Assembly (NCBI GenBank): GCA_035279425.1
Contig: DATEHT010000030.1
Coordinates: 153,917-217,916, forward strand
DNA from: Terriglobales bacterium
GTDB taxonomy: Bacteria > Acidobacteriota > Terriglobia > Terriglobales > Acidobacteriaceae
Length of the DNA stretch: 64,000 nucleotides
Direction of reading: 5' to 3'
The notes beneath the pieces are model-generated. The model made no database searches and was not told where the DNA came from. It was given only the letters and a program-made list of their open reading frames with translations. The position numbers were made by a program, and so were the translations under genes. Of the stretch, positions 33,667 to 42,472 are shown piece by piece (within the stretch, counting starts at the first letter, position 1; the number at the start of each line of letters is the position of its first letter).

Positions 33667-35127
33667 CTAAGAAATCGAATTCACTTGCGTTCCGTTTATG
33701 CGAACGTGATCAAGGGAGATATTCTTCACGTTTTCGACAACGCTCTTTTTCTCAACCCCTTCAAAGTCGCAATCGGAAAGGTGAACTCCCGTGATTGGCG
33801 CGTTCTGCAGACCACGCAAATACACTGCATATTTTGCTTTCTGCATAGTTAGATTCTTGACTTCCACATCGCGAACGACCGGAGTAAACCCGCCTGCCGC
33901 GCCTTCTTCGTAATTGAAATCGATGGAAACGCCAGCGGTCGATACCTGGCCGACTTGGATGTTGCGAGCATAAATGCGCTGCAGCAATCCGCCGCGCATG
34001 GCGTTGTCTTTGATTTTCAGCGCGCTATCGAGGTGTGGGCTGTCCATCTTGCAGTCCTCGGTAAAAACATCGTGTACGCCGCCTGTGATCTCGCTTCCTA
34101 TAGTTACTCCGCCGTGCCCATCTTTCATGTGACAATTGCGAACAACGACGTTCTGAGTAGGTACATTCAAGCGGCGCCCATCCTCATTTCTACCGGATTT
34201 GATCGCGATGCAGTCATCGCCGGTATTGAACGAGACATTGTCGATGAGCACGTCCGCGCACGACTCTGGATCGCAGCCATCATTATTTGGTCCAGAGCTG
34301 GTAATCGTCAGTGCTCGTACGGTTACATTGCTGGACAGCACCGGATGCACTTCCCACATTGGAGAATTGATGATAGTGACGCCCTCAATCAAAACATTCT
34401 TACAACGGTAAGGTTGAATGAAGTTCGGACGAAGATAGTGACCGTTCCCAAATACCCGTTCTTGCACCGGCACGCGCTTTTCTGACATCTCGAATAAATG
34501 ATTACGGTCGCTTTCCTGATTCGGCTGGCCCGCCTCCCAGCCGTGATCTGGACGGCCCTTCCATGGCCACCAATGTTCGCGGTCTGAGTTGCCGTCGAGC
34601 GTGCCTTTGCCGGTGATGGCAATATTTTCTTGCTCGAAGGCGTAGATGAAAGGCGAGTAGTTCATCAATTCGACGCCTTCCCAGCGTGTAAAAACGAGCG
34701 GATATTTGGCCGGATCGGGGATGAAGCGAATTGCCGCTTCATCGGCGAGATGGAAATTCACGTTGCTCTTTAAATGAATTGCCCCGGTGGCAAACTCGCC
34801 TTTCGGAACTAGTACCATTCCACCACCGGCCTGAGTACATGCCGCGATCGCCTTCTCAAAAGCTGCAGTGCAGTCGAAGTGATTGTCTCCAACTCCGCCA
34901 TACTTCGTGATGTCGAAGTGCCGATCAGGAAAACTCGGTGGCTTGATGCGGGCGAGAATTGCGGGCAGCCGCGACCACGGGTCGGTCGAATTCTCAGTGG
35001 TCGAACCGAATGCTTGCATCCCGAAGTTTTCGCTAAAACCCAGAGCCAGAGCCGCCGACCCCCCAATGAACGATGTTTTCAAAAATTGCCGGCGACTTGT
35101 CAATGAATCAAAGCTTGATCGGCCCAT
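33667..35127 (-). CDS. glycoside hydrolase family 28 (exo-polygalacturonase / rhamnogalacturonan hydrolase-like), Tat signal
   Basis: Tat signal SRRQFLKTSFIGGSAALALG. GH28 motifs NNDGCDP, GDDCIAIKSG, GHGGVTIGSE. Confidence 0.88.
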   Translation of the reverse strand: MGRSSFDSLTSRRQFLKTSFIGGSAALALGFSENFGMQAFGSTTENSTDPWSRLPAILARIKPPSFPDRHFDITKYGGVGDNHFDCTAAFEKAIAACTQAGGGMVLVPKGEFATGAIHLKSNVNFHLADEAAIRFIPDPAKYPLVFTRWEGVELMNYSPFIYAFEQENIAITGKGTLDGNSDREHWWPWKGRPDHGWEAGQPNQESDRNHLFEMSEKRVPVQERVFGNGHYLRPNFIQPYRCKNVLIEGVTIINSPMWEVHPVLSSNVTVRALTITSSGPNNDGCDPESCADVLIDNVSFNTGDDCIAIKSGRNEDGRRLNVPTQNVVVRNCHMKDGHGGVTIGSEITGGVHDVFTEDCKMDSPHLDSALKIKDNAMRGGLLQRIYARNIQVGQVSTAGVSIDFNYEEGAAGGFTPVVRDVEVKNLTMQKAKYAVYLRGLQNAPITGVHLSDCDFEGVEKKSVVENVKNISLDHVRINGTQVNSIS

Positions 35128-35177
35128 TGTGTGAACCTCGTTTCGTTGCGACTGGGGAAATCACCGGGAACTGGCGA

Positions 35178-36353
35178 CTACGAAGCAGCTCGGGCGCGCG
35201 CTTGCTCGCTTTTTTTCACGCCCGCGGGTAGCTGAATCAAGCTGTCGTTGGGATAAAAATGATCTACGGTTGCAGGTGTGACTAACTTATGCTCCACGAA
35301 AACTGCCGGCGGAACTGGGCGATGATTCAAAATATCGAGGCTTACCCGGATGAGATCCTCCCCATAGCGCTCGGGGAAGAATGCGACCGATCCTAACAAT
35401 CGCGTGTGCGGCCGGCGCAGTTCAGCGCGGCCCTCTGGCGATGCGTTATGTCCCATGATCGCGCAGAGATCGGCCCGCCCCGCTTCCTCGAACGCCCGAA
35501 GAGCGCCCAGCGCACTGGGATCGTTGATGGCGCCCACTAAAACCCGCCGCGATTGTATAGTGCGAAGGTGTTTGCGGATTGCCTCGAAGCTGGGGCCAAG
35601 TTCTCCATCACCGTCCAGACGGGTAATGCGGCAATTTTTCGCGGAAGGAAGCGCGAGGTTGAGCCCGACCAGCATGCCGGTCAATCGCATACGCGGCAAT
35701 TGTCCCGCCCGGTCGAGCTCGAGAAGGATGAACTCCTCAACGTCAGAGTTCCAGTTTTCCTTGACCCACCTTCCCAGATATCGCCCGGCAATGAGTCCGG
35801 CTTCGTAGTTGTTCGCGCCGTAATAAGTTGCGCCGGGATGCGGAATGTCGATCGCGATCAGAGGGATATTGGCGTCGCGATATTTGGCAGCCACGATTGG
35901 CGCTACCTCTTCGTCGGTTTGAAATTCAATGACGAGGTCAACTTTTTCGCGCACCAGGAAATCAGCGTTGCGCTGTGCGACTTTCGCGCTGTAACGATTG
36001 TCGAGGCAAATTAATTCAATGCCCTCGGTGGCTGCGGCGCGTTGCAAGCTCGCAGTCACTTCGTTGCAAAATTGATAGTCGGTTCCTTGTGCGGCATAAC
36101 CCAAACGATAAAGTTTTTGTTTCCATGGACGAATGCACGACTGGTAAAGATTTTCGCCAACCTTCTCGACCATTCCGCACTTTTCGAGCGTGTAAAGCAG
36201 GCGGAAAACCATGGTCTTTGGCAAGCCGCTGCGGGCGGAAATTTCACGCAAAGCGAGGGTCTCACCGGGGGTGCGAAAGGCTACAAGCAGACGTGACGAA
36301 TGGACGACAGACTTGACGAGGTAAGGGTCACGCGGGCGGACAACCTGGTCCAT
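35178..36353 (-). CDS. chimeric transcriptional regulator: IclR-type winged HTH fused to a periplasmic-binding-protein-like (LacI/RbsB-type) sugar-binding domain
   Basis: N-terminal about 70 aa: VKSVVHSSRLLVAFRTPGETLALREISARSGLPKTMVFRLLYTLEKCGMVEKVGENLY (IclR HTH pattern). The rest is YRLGYAAQGTDYQFCNEVTASLQRAAATEGIELICLDNRYSAKVAQRNADFLVREKVDLVIEFQ...IPLIAIDIPHPGATYYGANNYEAGLIAGRYLG (PBP type 1 fold). Confidence 0.8.
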   Translation of the reverse strand: MDQVVRPRDPYLVKSVVHSSRLLVAFRTPGETLALREISARSGLPKTMVFRLLYTLEKCGMVEKVGENLYQSCIRPWKQKLYRLGYAAQGTDYQFCNEVTASLQRAAATEGIELICLDNRYSAKVAQRNADFLVREKVDLVIEFQTDEEVAPIVAAKYRDANIPLIAIDIPHPGATYYGANNYEAGLIAGRYLGRWVKENWNSDVEEFILLELDRAGQLPRMRLTGMLVGLNLALPSAKNCRITRLDGDGELGPSFEAIRKHLRTIQSRRVLVGAINDPSALGALRAFEEAGRADLCAIMGHNASPEGRAELRRPHTRLLGSVAFFPERYGEDLIRVSLDILNHRPVPPAVFVEHKLVTPATVDHFYPNDSLIQLPAGVKKSEQARARAAS

Positions 36354-36382
36354 AAACAGGAGAACATTACTCCTGCTCTGCT

Positions 36383-36409
36383 ATTTTGCCAAGCGAAACT
36401 TGCTAAAAT
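36383..36409. promoter_or_regulatory. imperfect inverted repeat ATTTTGCCAAG-N5-CTTGCTAAAAT between the regulator and rhaI
   Basis: The arms 36383-36393 and 36399-36409 match at 9 of 11 positions. It lies 30-56 bp upstream of the regulator ATG (minus strand) and about 140-170 bp upstream of rhaI. Candidate operator. Confidence 0.3.
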
Positions 36410-36548
36410 CTCTCTTTAGTTAGGGGAATTGCCGTCTTTTCAAATTGATCTTCTTTCATTTCACGGCTTTCCCGTGTGGACGTATTGAGGCTTCTGTTGC
36501 GCATTGCGAAACGAAAACTGCAGTCGAAAAAGGCCGTGACGGAAGCAA

Positions 36549-37772
36549 TTGGGAAGTGTACTCTCGCAATTCGAGGCCGCCATGCGTGCTGACCAAACTG
36601 ATCGAATTTTCGAAGCCATGGAGGGCTTCCGCATCGAACTGCCCTCGTGGGGCTTTGCCAATACTGGAACGCGTTTCGGCAAGTTTTTGCAGCCTGCGGC
36701 AGCCTCGACCACGGCTGAAAAATTCAGCGACGCGGGCGAGGTACATCGGGTCACCGGAGTTTGTCCGACAATTGCGCTGCACGTGCTCTGGGACTTTCCA
36801 GAGGGTATTGCAAGCACCGCTGAAGTCGCCGTATTGGCCACGCGTTATGGGGTACAGCCGGGATCGATCAATCCGAATGTGTTCCAGGACCAGATTTACA
36901 AGCATGGATCGTTCGGAAGTCCCGACGCCTCAGTGCGGGCCCATGCGTTGCAGCACGTGAAGGACAGCATCGAGATCGCGAACCGGCTACACAGCCGCGA
37001 TATCTCGATGTGGTTCGCCGACGGATCAAGCTATCCCGGAACCGCGAATATTCGCCAACGCAAGGTGTGGTTCGAAGACTCACTGAAGCAGGCCCACGCC
37101 GTGCTTTCTGCTAAGCAGAGATTGCTGGTCGAGTACAAACCGTTCGAGCCGGCCTTCTATCATACCGACATAGCGGACTGGGGTATGGCGTTGCACCTGG
37201 CGCGGTCTGCCGGCCCACGAGCAAAAGTTCTGGTGGACACCGGTCATCACTATCAGGCGCAGAATATCGAGCAGATCGTTGCCTGGCTTCTGTCGGAGCA
37301 GATGCTCGGCGGTTTCCATTTCAACGATCGACGGTATGCTGACGATGACCTGACCATCGGCTCAATCGACCCTTATCAGGTATTCCGAATCTTCCACGAA
37401 ATTTTGTATTACGAGTGGGAGACAGACAAAGAAGCCGATATCGCCTACATGATCGACCAGAGCCACAATCTGAAAGGCAAGATTGAAGAAACGATCCAAA
37501 CGGTGACCATCGCGCAGCAGTTGTTTGCGAAGGCCGCGCTGGTGGACCACGAACCGCTTTCGCACGCGCAGAACAAATGCGACCTGATTCGCGCCGAGTC
37601 GCTGCTGCAAGACGCTTTCAACACCGACGTGCGTCCCGCGATCCAGGAGTGGCGCGACTCTAAAGGACTGCCTCGCGATCCGCTGAAAGCGTTTCTTGAG
37701 AGCGGCTACATGCAGCGCATCACCAAGGAACGGAGCGCGCGAAATTCACAAATTGTTTCTTCCTACGCCTGA
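36549..37772 (+). CDS. rhaI: L-rhamnose isomerase, RhaI type (xylose-isomerase-like TIM barrel)
   Basis: ELPSWGFANTGTRFGKFLQP...VHRVTGVCPTIALHVLWDF... is the non-RhaA rhamnose isomerase pattern. The start is ambiguous (TTG 36549 or ATG 36582). Context with rhaB/rhaEW/rhaT supports the call. Confidence 0.82.
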   Translation: MGSVLSQFEAAMRADQTDRIFEAMEGFRIELPSWGFANTGTRFGKFLQPAAASTTAEKFSDAGEVHRVTGVCPTIALHVLWDFPEGIASTAEVAVLATRYGVQPGSINPNVFQDQIYKHGSFGSPDASVRAHALQHVKDSIEIANRLHSRDISMWFADGSSYPGTANIRQRKVWFEDSLKQAHAVLSAKQRLLVEYKPFEPAFYHTDIADWGMALHLARSAGPRAKVLVDTGHHYQAQNIEQIVAWLLSEQMLGGFHFNDRRYADDDLTIGSIDPYQVFRIFHEILYYEWETDKEADIAYMIDQSHNLKGKIEETIQTVTIAQQLFAKAALVDHEPLSHAQNKCDLIRAESLLQDAFNTDVRPAIQEWRDSKGLPRDPLKAFLESGYMQRITKERSARNSQIVSSYA

Positions 37773-37853
37773 AATTTAAGCAAGCCTTTCCTGCGTTTGA
37801 GAAACAGTCCAAGCTGGTTGTTGAGGCGAGAAGTGCTTCCTCGAACGTAATCT

Positions 37854-38765
37854 ATGAGTTTCCTGCAAACATTGATCGCTTCACTTAAGGGTAGCTTCCC
37901 GGGCATCGTGTACTGGCTGATTCTGCCGATGGTTCCATTCATCATTGTCGAACAATTGCGACCGGTGGGCAGGGCACCACGAATTCGAGACTATTGGCTG
38001 AATATCTTGATTAGTCTCTCGACCGCATACCTTTCTTTACCACTTGGGATCGCAGCTGGAATGTGGAGCGCAGAATTACGTCATCTATTTCCGTGGAAGC
38101 CAATTTCGTTCTCATTTCACCGCATCGGAATGGTTCCAGGGGTCGGTTCAGGGCTGGAAATATTGGCGATGATTTTCATTCCATTGTTCATCCACGATTT
38201 CTGGTTCTATTGGTCACACAGAATCGAGCACCGCATACCTTTTTTGTGGGAATTCCACAAAATCCACCACAGCGACGAACTGATGAACACCACGACCTGG
38301 GCGCGGGACCATTTTCTGCAAGAGAGCTGGAGGGCTTTCTTCTCCGTTTTTACCCTGGGTCTGTTCGTTGATCTGCGCCTAGCTGAGGCAGGAAAGGCCG
38401 CGTTCTATTCAACGATGTTTTTGGTGGCACTATCGATGTTCTATCACTCGGCGATCCGTGTTGAATTGCCATGGCTGGACTACATCCTGGTAACTCCAAA
38501 AGTCCATCGTATTCATCACTCCATTGAAGTTGAACACCACAACAAGAATTTCGCGGACGCGTTACCGCTTTTTGATATTGTTTTCGGAACTTTTGAACGT
38601 CCGGTCCGTGAAGAATTTCCTGCCACCGGCCTCGGCGCAGAAATGGCATCACCTCGTTCGCTGCTGGCTGCGCAGTTTGGCCCAGTAATCTCCGCGGTGC
38701 GCTTGATGCGTCGGGCCCGCGAGAACTTGGCCAAGGCGAAGGCAACAGGAGAATCAGCACTTTAA
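37854..38765 (+). CDS. fatty acid hydroxylase / sterol desaturase superfamily membrane di-iron oxygenase
   Basis: His boxes WSHRIEHRIPFLWEFHKIHHSDE and KVHRIHHSIEVEHHNKNF, with 4-5 TM helices. The stop TAA (38763-38765) overlaps the rhaB ATG (38765-38767) as TAATG. Confidence 0.85.
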   Translation: MSFLQTLIASLKGSFPGIVYWLILPMVPFIIVEQLRPVGRAPRIRDYWLNILISLSTAYLSLPLGIAAGMWSAELRHLFPWKPISFSFHRIGMVPGVGSGLEILAMIFIPLFIHDFWFYWSHRIEHRIPFLWEFHKIHHSDELMNTTTWARDHFLQESWRAFFSVFTLGLFVDLRLAEAGKAAFYSTMFLVALSMFYHSAIRVELPWLDYILVTPKVHRIHHSIEVEHHNKNFADALPLFDIVFGTFERPVREEFPATGLGAEMASPRSLLAAQFGPVISAVRLMRRARENLAKAKATGESAL

Positions 38766-40246
38766 TGGATGATGGTAAAAAATCGTTCTTAGCGTTCGAT
38801 CTGGGCGCGGAAAGCGGACGGGGGGTACTGGCATGCGTTCATTCTGGAGTGATCACTACCAAAGAGGTGCGCCGGTTCACGAACGAGCCAGTCGAATACG
38901 GCGGCGCGCTGCATTGGGATGCGCCACGTCTTTGGCTGGAGCTGCGAAAAACGCTTTCCCAAGTCGAGGAGATTGAGCTGGGAGGAATCGGTGTCGATGC
39001 CTGGGGAGTGGACTACGCGCTGCTTGGCGAACGCGGCGAGCTGTTGCAGAACCCGTACCATTATCGAGACAAGCGCACAGATCGAGTAATGGATTCAGTT
39101 TTCGCGAAAGTCTCAAAGGAAGAAATCTACCGTGAGACCGGGATCCAGTTCATGCAGATCAATACGCTCTACCAATTGTTCGCTGCGAAGCGGGACACGC
39201 CTGAGCTGCTGCGGGCCGCGCGAAAATTGCTCACCATCCCTGACCTGTTTCATTACTGGTTGACCGGGAATGCGATGTGTGAATTCACCAATGCGACGAC
39301 AACGCAAATGGTGAACCCGCTCTCAAGGACATGGGCGAATAGCTTGATCGAGAGATTGGGTCTAGGGATGGACTTGCCCGCAGAAATTGTTGAGCCGGGA
39401 ACAACAGTTGGAACTTTGTCAAAGACGGTAGCTCCGAGCGGCGCTATCAGCGGAACTCCGGTGATTGCTCCGGCTTCGCACGACACTGGCTCGGCGGTTG
39501 CGGCGATCACGGCGCGCGACGGTACCGCATTTTTGAGTTCAGGGACGTGGTCTTTAGTGGGAACTGAACTCGATCAGCCGATCATTACCGATGAAAGTCT
39601 GAAACTGAATTTCACAAATGAAGGCGGCGTCTGCGGAACGACGCGGTTCCTGAAAAACGTTATGGGACTGTGGATGCTGCAATGCTGCCGGTCCGCGTGG
39701 AAGTCGCAATCGCAGGTGTACGAATATCGCGAACTGATGGAGTTGGCAGCGCACCAACCCGAGTTTGCGCACCTGGTCGATCCCGATGATGAATCGTTCC
39801 TGCATCCGGAAAGCATGCCAGAGGCAATTGACCGATTTTGCGCGAGAACTCAGCAACCAAAGCCGCGGAGTCCGGGTGCTTACGCAAGAACGGTGCTCGA
39901 AAGCCTCGCGTTCAAGTATCGCCAGGTCATCGCAGACCTGGAGCGCGTGACGAAAAAACCGATTCAACAGATTCGCATTATCGGCGGCGGGTCGAAAAAT
40001 CGGTTACTGAATCAGTTCACGGCCGATGCAACCGGGCGGCGGGTGCTAGCTGGTCCTGCCGAGGCCACGGCCCTCGGAAATATTGCCATGCAGATACTCG
40101 CGACCGGAGTTGCGAGTTCCCTTAAAGAAGTGCGCGCGATCGTCGATCGCTCATTCCCGACCGACCTCTTCGAACCGCGAGAGACCGACAAGTGGGAGCG
40201 GCACGTCGCTCGTTTTCAGCACTACACGGAGATGGTTTATGCCTGA
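38765..40246 (+). CDS. rhaB: rhamnulokinase (FGGY family)
   Basis: FLAFDLGAESGRGVLA, GVDAWGVDYALL, and the C-terminal IRIIGGGSKNRLLNQFTADATGRRVLAGPAEATALGN. Confidence 0.92.
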   Translation: MDDGKKSFLAFDLGAESGRGVLACVHSGVITTKEVRRFTNEPVEYGGALHWDAPRLWLELRKTLSQVEEIELGGIGVDAWGVDYALLGERGELLQNPYHYRDKRTDRVMDSVFAKVSKEEIYRETGIQFMQINTLYQLFAAKRDTPELLRAARKLLTIPDLFHYWLTGNAMCEFTNATTTQMVNPLSRTWANSLIERLGLGMDLPAEIVEPGTTVGTLSKTVAPSGAISGTPVIAPASHDTGSAVAAITARDGTAFLSSGTWSLVGTELDQPIITDESLKLNFTNEGGVCGTTRFLKNVMGLWMLQCCRSAWKSQSQVYEYRELMELAAHQPEFAHLVDPDDESFLHPESMPEAIDRFCARTQQPKPRSPGAYARTVLESLAFKYRQVIADLERVTKKPIQQIRIIGGGSKNRLLNQFTADATGRRVLAGPAEATALGNIAMQILATGVASSLKEVRAIVDRSFPTDLFEPRETDKWERHVARFQHYTEMVYA

Positions 40247-42455
40247 AATTCAGGAGATGGCACACCTCAAAGATTTATGGGACGAGCAGCAGGCGCGCAG
40301 CTTCGGCAACAACCAGCTGGCGCTGCTTCGGTATCGTTCAAACCTACTGGGCGCCGATTTACGCATCACGAATTTCGGGGGCGGAAACACGAGTTCGAAG
40401 TTTGAATTGCCTGATCCATTTACGGGCGAGCCCGTGCGAGTTCTCGCGGTGAAGGGAAGTGGCGGCGACATTGGCTCGATCACTGAATCCGGCTTCGCGA
40501 TTCTTTATCTTCATCGTCTTGAGCAGTTGAAAACTCTCTATCGCGGCGAAGCTCGCGAAGATGAGATGGTCCGCTATTATCCGCTTTCGGCTTTCGGGGA
40601 GAACAAAGTTGCTGCTTCGATCGACACTCCTCTGCACGCATTCTTGCCGTTCGACCACGTAGATCACTTGCATCCGGACTGGGCGATTGCGCTTGCTGCC
40701 AGCGCCAACGGAAAACAGAAACTTGAAGAATTCAATCGGCAGTTCGGAAGAAAGATCGTTTGGGTCCCCTGGCAACGCCCGGGATTTGAACTGGCGCTGC
40801 TGATCGAGAGAGCGGTTCGTGGAAATCCCGGAACCGATGGAATCATTCTGGGCGGCCATGGGCTCTTCACCTGGGGAAATACGCAACGGGAGTGCTACCT
40901 GAACAGCGTTCGCACCATCGATGAGATGGGCGAGTTCATCTCGGAGCACAAGAAAAAGAAGGCAGCCGTGTTCGGGGGACTCGAGGTCGAGCCATCGGTC
41001 AGCCGGCGCGAAATCGCGACGAAAATTTTGCCTGCACTTAGGGGAGCTGTTTCTTCCAATCGGCGTGTGATCGCCCATTATGCCGACGATCAGGATGCGC
41101 TCACATTCGCGGGATCGAAGTGGGCGCGCGAGTTGGGCACGCTCGGCACCAGTTGTCCGGACCATTTTCTGCGCACGCGGGTATGCCCAATGTTTATTCC
41201 CTGGAACCCTGCGAAAGAAGACAGTGCAGGGTTGAAGCCGCTGATACAGAAAACCGTTGGGCAGTATCGTTTGGAATACAAAAAATATTACGACTCGTTT
41301 GCAATTTCAGACTCGCCCAAGCTGCGGGATTCGAACCCCTCGGTTGTGATCGTCCCAGGCGTTGGTTTATTCGGTTTCGGTAAGAACAAGAAGGAGGCGC
41401 GAATCACGACGGAGTTTTTTATCAACGCGATTCACGTCATGCAAGGCGCGAATGCGCTGGAAGATGGTCCAACACCCTCTCCGTTGCCGCAGGCTCGAAC
41501 CCCGGAGCAGTCGAAGGAGTTCACGCAATTCCACAATTATGTGGCCTTACCTCGTTCAGAGGCTTTTCGCATCGAGTATTGGGCGCTAGAAGAAGCCAAA
41601 CTACAACGCATGCCTGCTGAGGCCGAGTTCAGCCGCAAGATCGTGGTAGTGGTTGGCGGCGCAAGTGGTATCGGCAGGGAAGTCGCGCTGCTTCTAGCGC
41701 GGAAGGGCGCACATATCGTAGTCGCGGATTTCGATCAGGGCGGCGCAGAAAAGGTGGCAGATGAGGCCGCGTCGGTTTCATCGCGCGAGCAGGTCGCGCA
41801 CACGAAGGTGAACCTCGGTTCCTCTGAGAGTTTGGCGGAAGCGGTGAAATTCACCGTGCTTCAGTTTGGCGGAATCGATGCCATTGTGAACACGGCCGCT
41901 ATTTATCCGGTGCCCGCGGCTGACGGCGAGCTCAGCGATGCCCAGTGGGCCAGCACGTTTCAGGTAAACGTAACCGGAAACTACGTTCTTGCGCGTGAAA
42001 CTGATTGGGTGTTTAAAGATCAAAACCTTCCGTCATCAATGGTGCTTACGAGTTCAGCCAACGCTGCGGTTCCCAAGAAGGGCAGTGAAGCGTACGACAC
42101 CAGCAAAGCGGCGCTGAATCATCTTGTACGCGAACTGGCGATCAAACTTGGCCCGCAGGTAAGGGTGAACGGAATTGCTCCGGCCACCGTCGTTGCAGGT
42201 TCGACAATGTTTCCACGCGATCGCGTGATGCAGTCCCTCGGAAAATACAAGATTGATTTTTCGGAAAATGAGAGCACGGAAGAGTTGCGCAGTAAGCTGG
42301 CTGAATTCTATGCTCAGCGTACTCTAACCAAGCGCCCCATCCTGCCGCAAGATTGCGCGCTTGCGATTGCCTGGCTGTTGAGCGACGAGAGCGCGAAAAC
42401 TACCGGCCATATCATTCCGGTTGATGGAGGATTGTCAGAGGCATTTCTGCGATGA
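40239..42455 (+). CDS. rhaEW: bifunctional L-rhamnulose-1-phosphate aldolase / short-chain dehydrogenase (lactaldehyde dehydrogenase)
   Basis: ATG 40239 overlaps the rhaB stop (ATGCCTGA). N-half: LLRYRSNLLGADLRITNFGGGNTSSK (class II aldolase/adducin-like). C-half SDR: VVVGGASGIGRE and AYDTSKAALNHL. The ORF-track start 40083 lies inside rhaB and is rejected. Confidence 0.9.
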   Translation: MPEIQEMAHLKDLWDEQQARSFGNNQLALLRYRSNLLGADLRITNFGGGNTSSKFELPDPFTGEPVRVLAVKGSGGDIGSITESGFAILYLHRLEQLKTLYRGEAREDEMVRYYPLSAFGENKVAASIDTPLHAFLPFDHVDHLHPDWAIALAASANGKQKLEEFNRQFGRKIVWVPWQRPGFELALLIERAVRGNPGTDGIILGGHGLFTWGNTQRECYLNSVRTIDEMGEFISEHKKKKAAVFGGLEVEPSVSRREIATKILPALRGAVSSNRRVIAHYADDQDALTFAGSKWARELGTLGTSCPDHFLRTRVCPMFIPWNPAKEDSAGLKPLIQKTVGQYRLEYKKYYDSFAISDSPKLRDSNPSVVIVPGVGLFGFGKNKKEARITTEFFINAIHVMQGANALEDGPTPSPLPQARTPEQSKEFTQFHNYVALPRSEAFRIEYWALEEAKLQRMPAEAEFSRKIVVVVGGASGIGREVALLLARKGAHIVVADFDQGGAEKVADEAASVSSREQVAHTKVNLGSSESLAEAVKFTVLQFGGIDAIVNTAAIYPVPAADGELSDAQWASTFQVNVTGNYVLARETDWVFKDQNLPSSMVLTSSANAAVPKKGSEAYDTSKAALNHLVRELAIKLGPQVRVNGIAPATVVAGSTMFPRDRVMQSLGKYKIDFSENESTEELRSKLAEFYAQRTLTKRPILPQDCALAIAWLLSDESAKTTGHIIPVDGGLSEAFLR

Positions 42456-42472
42456 GTTCTGACTAAAAGACG

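Noticed and set aside
40083-40238. N-terminal extension of rhaEW suggested by the ORF track (likewise 43411-43797 for DUF4861, 30438-30557 for the lyase, and 2993-3025 for recG)
   Set aside because: The extensions overlap upstream genes or repeat structures, are Arg/Ser-rich, and precede an internal ATG that has a good SD and a proper N-terminus or signal peptide.
40359-41165. 268-codon ORF on the minus strand
   Set aside because: It lies entirely antisense within rhaEW, whose frame carries clear aldolase and SDR motifs.
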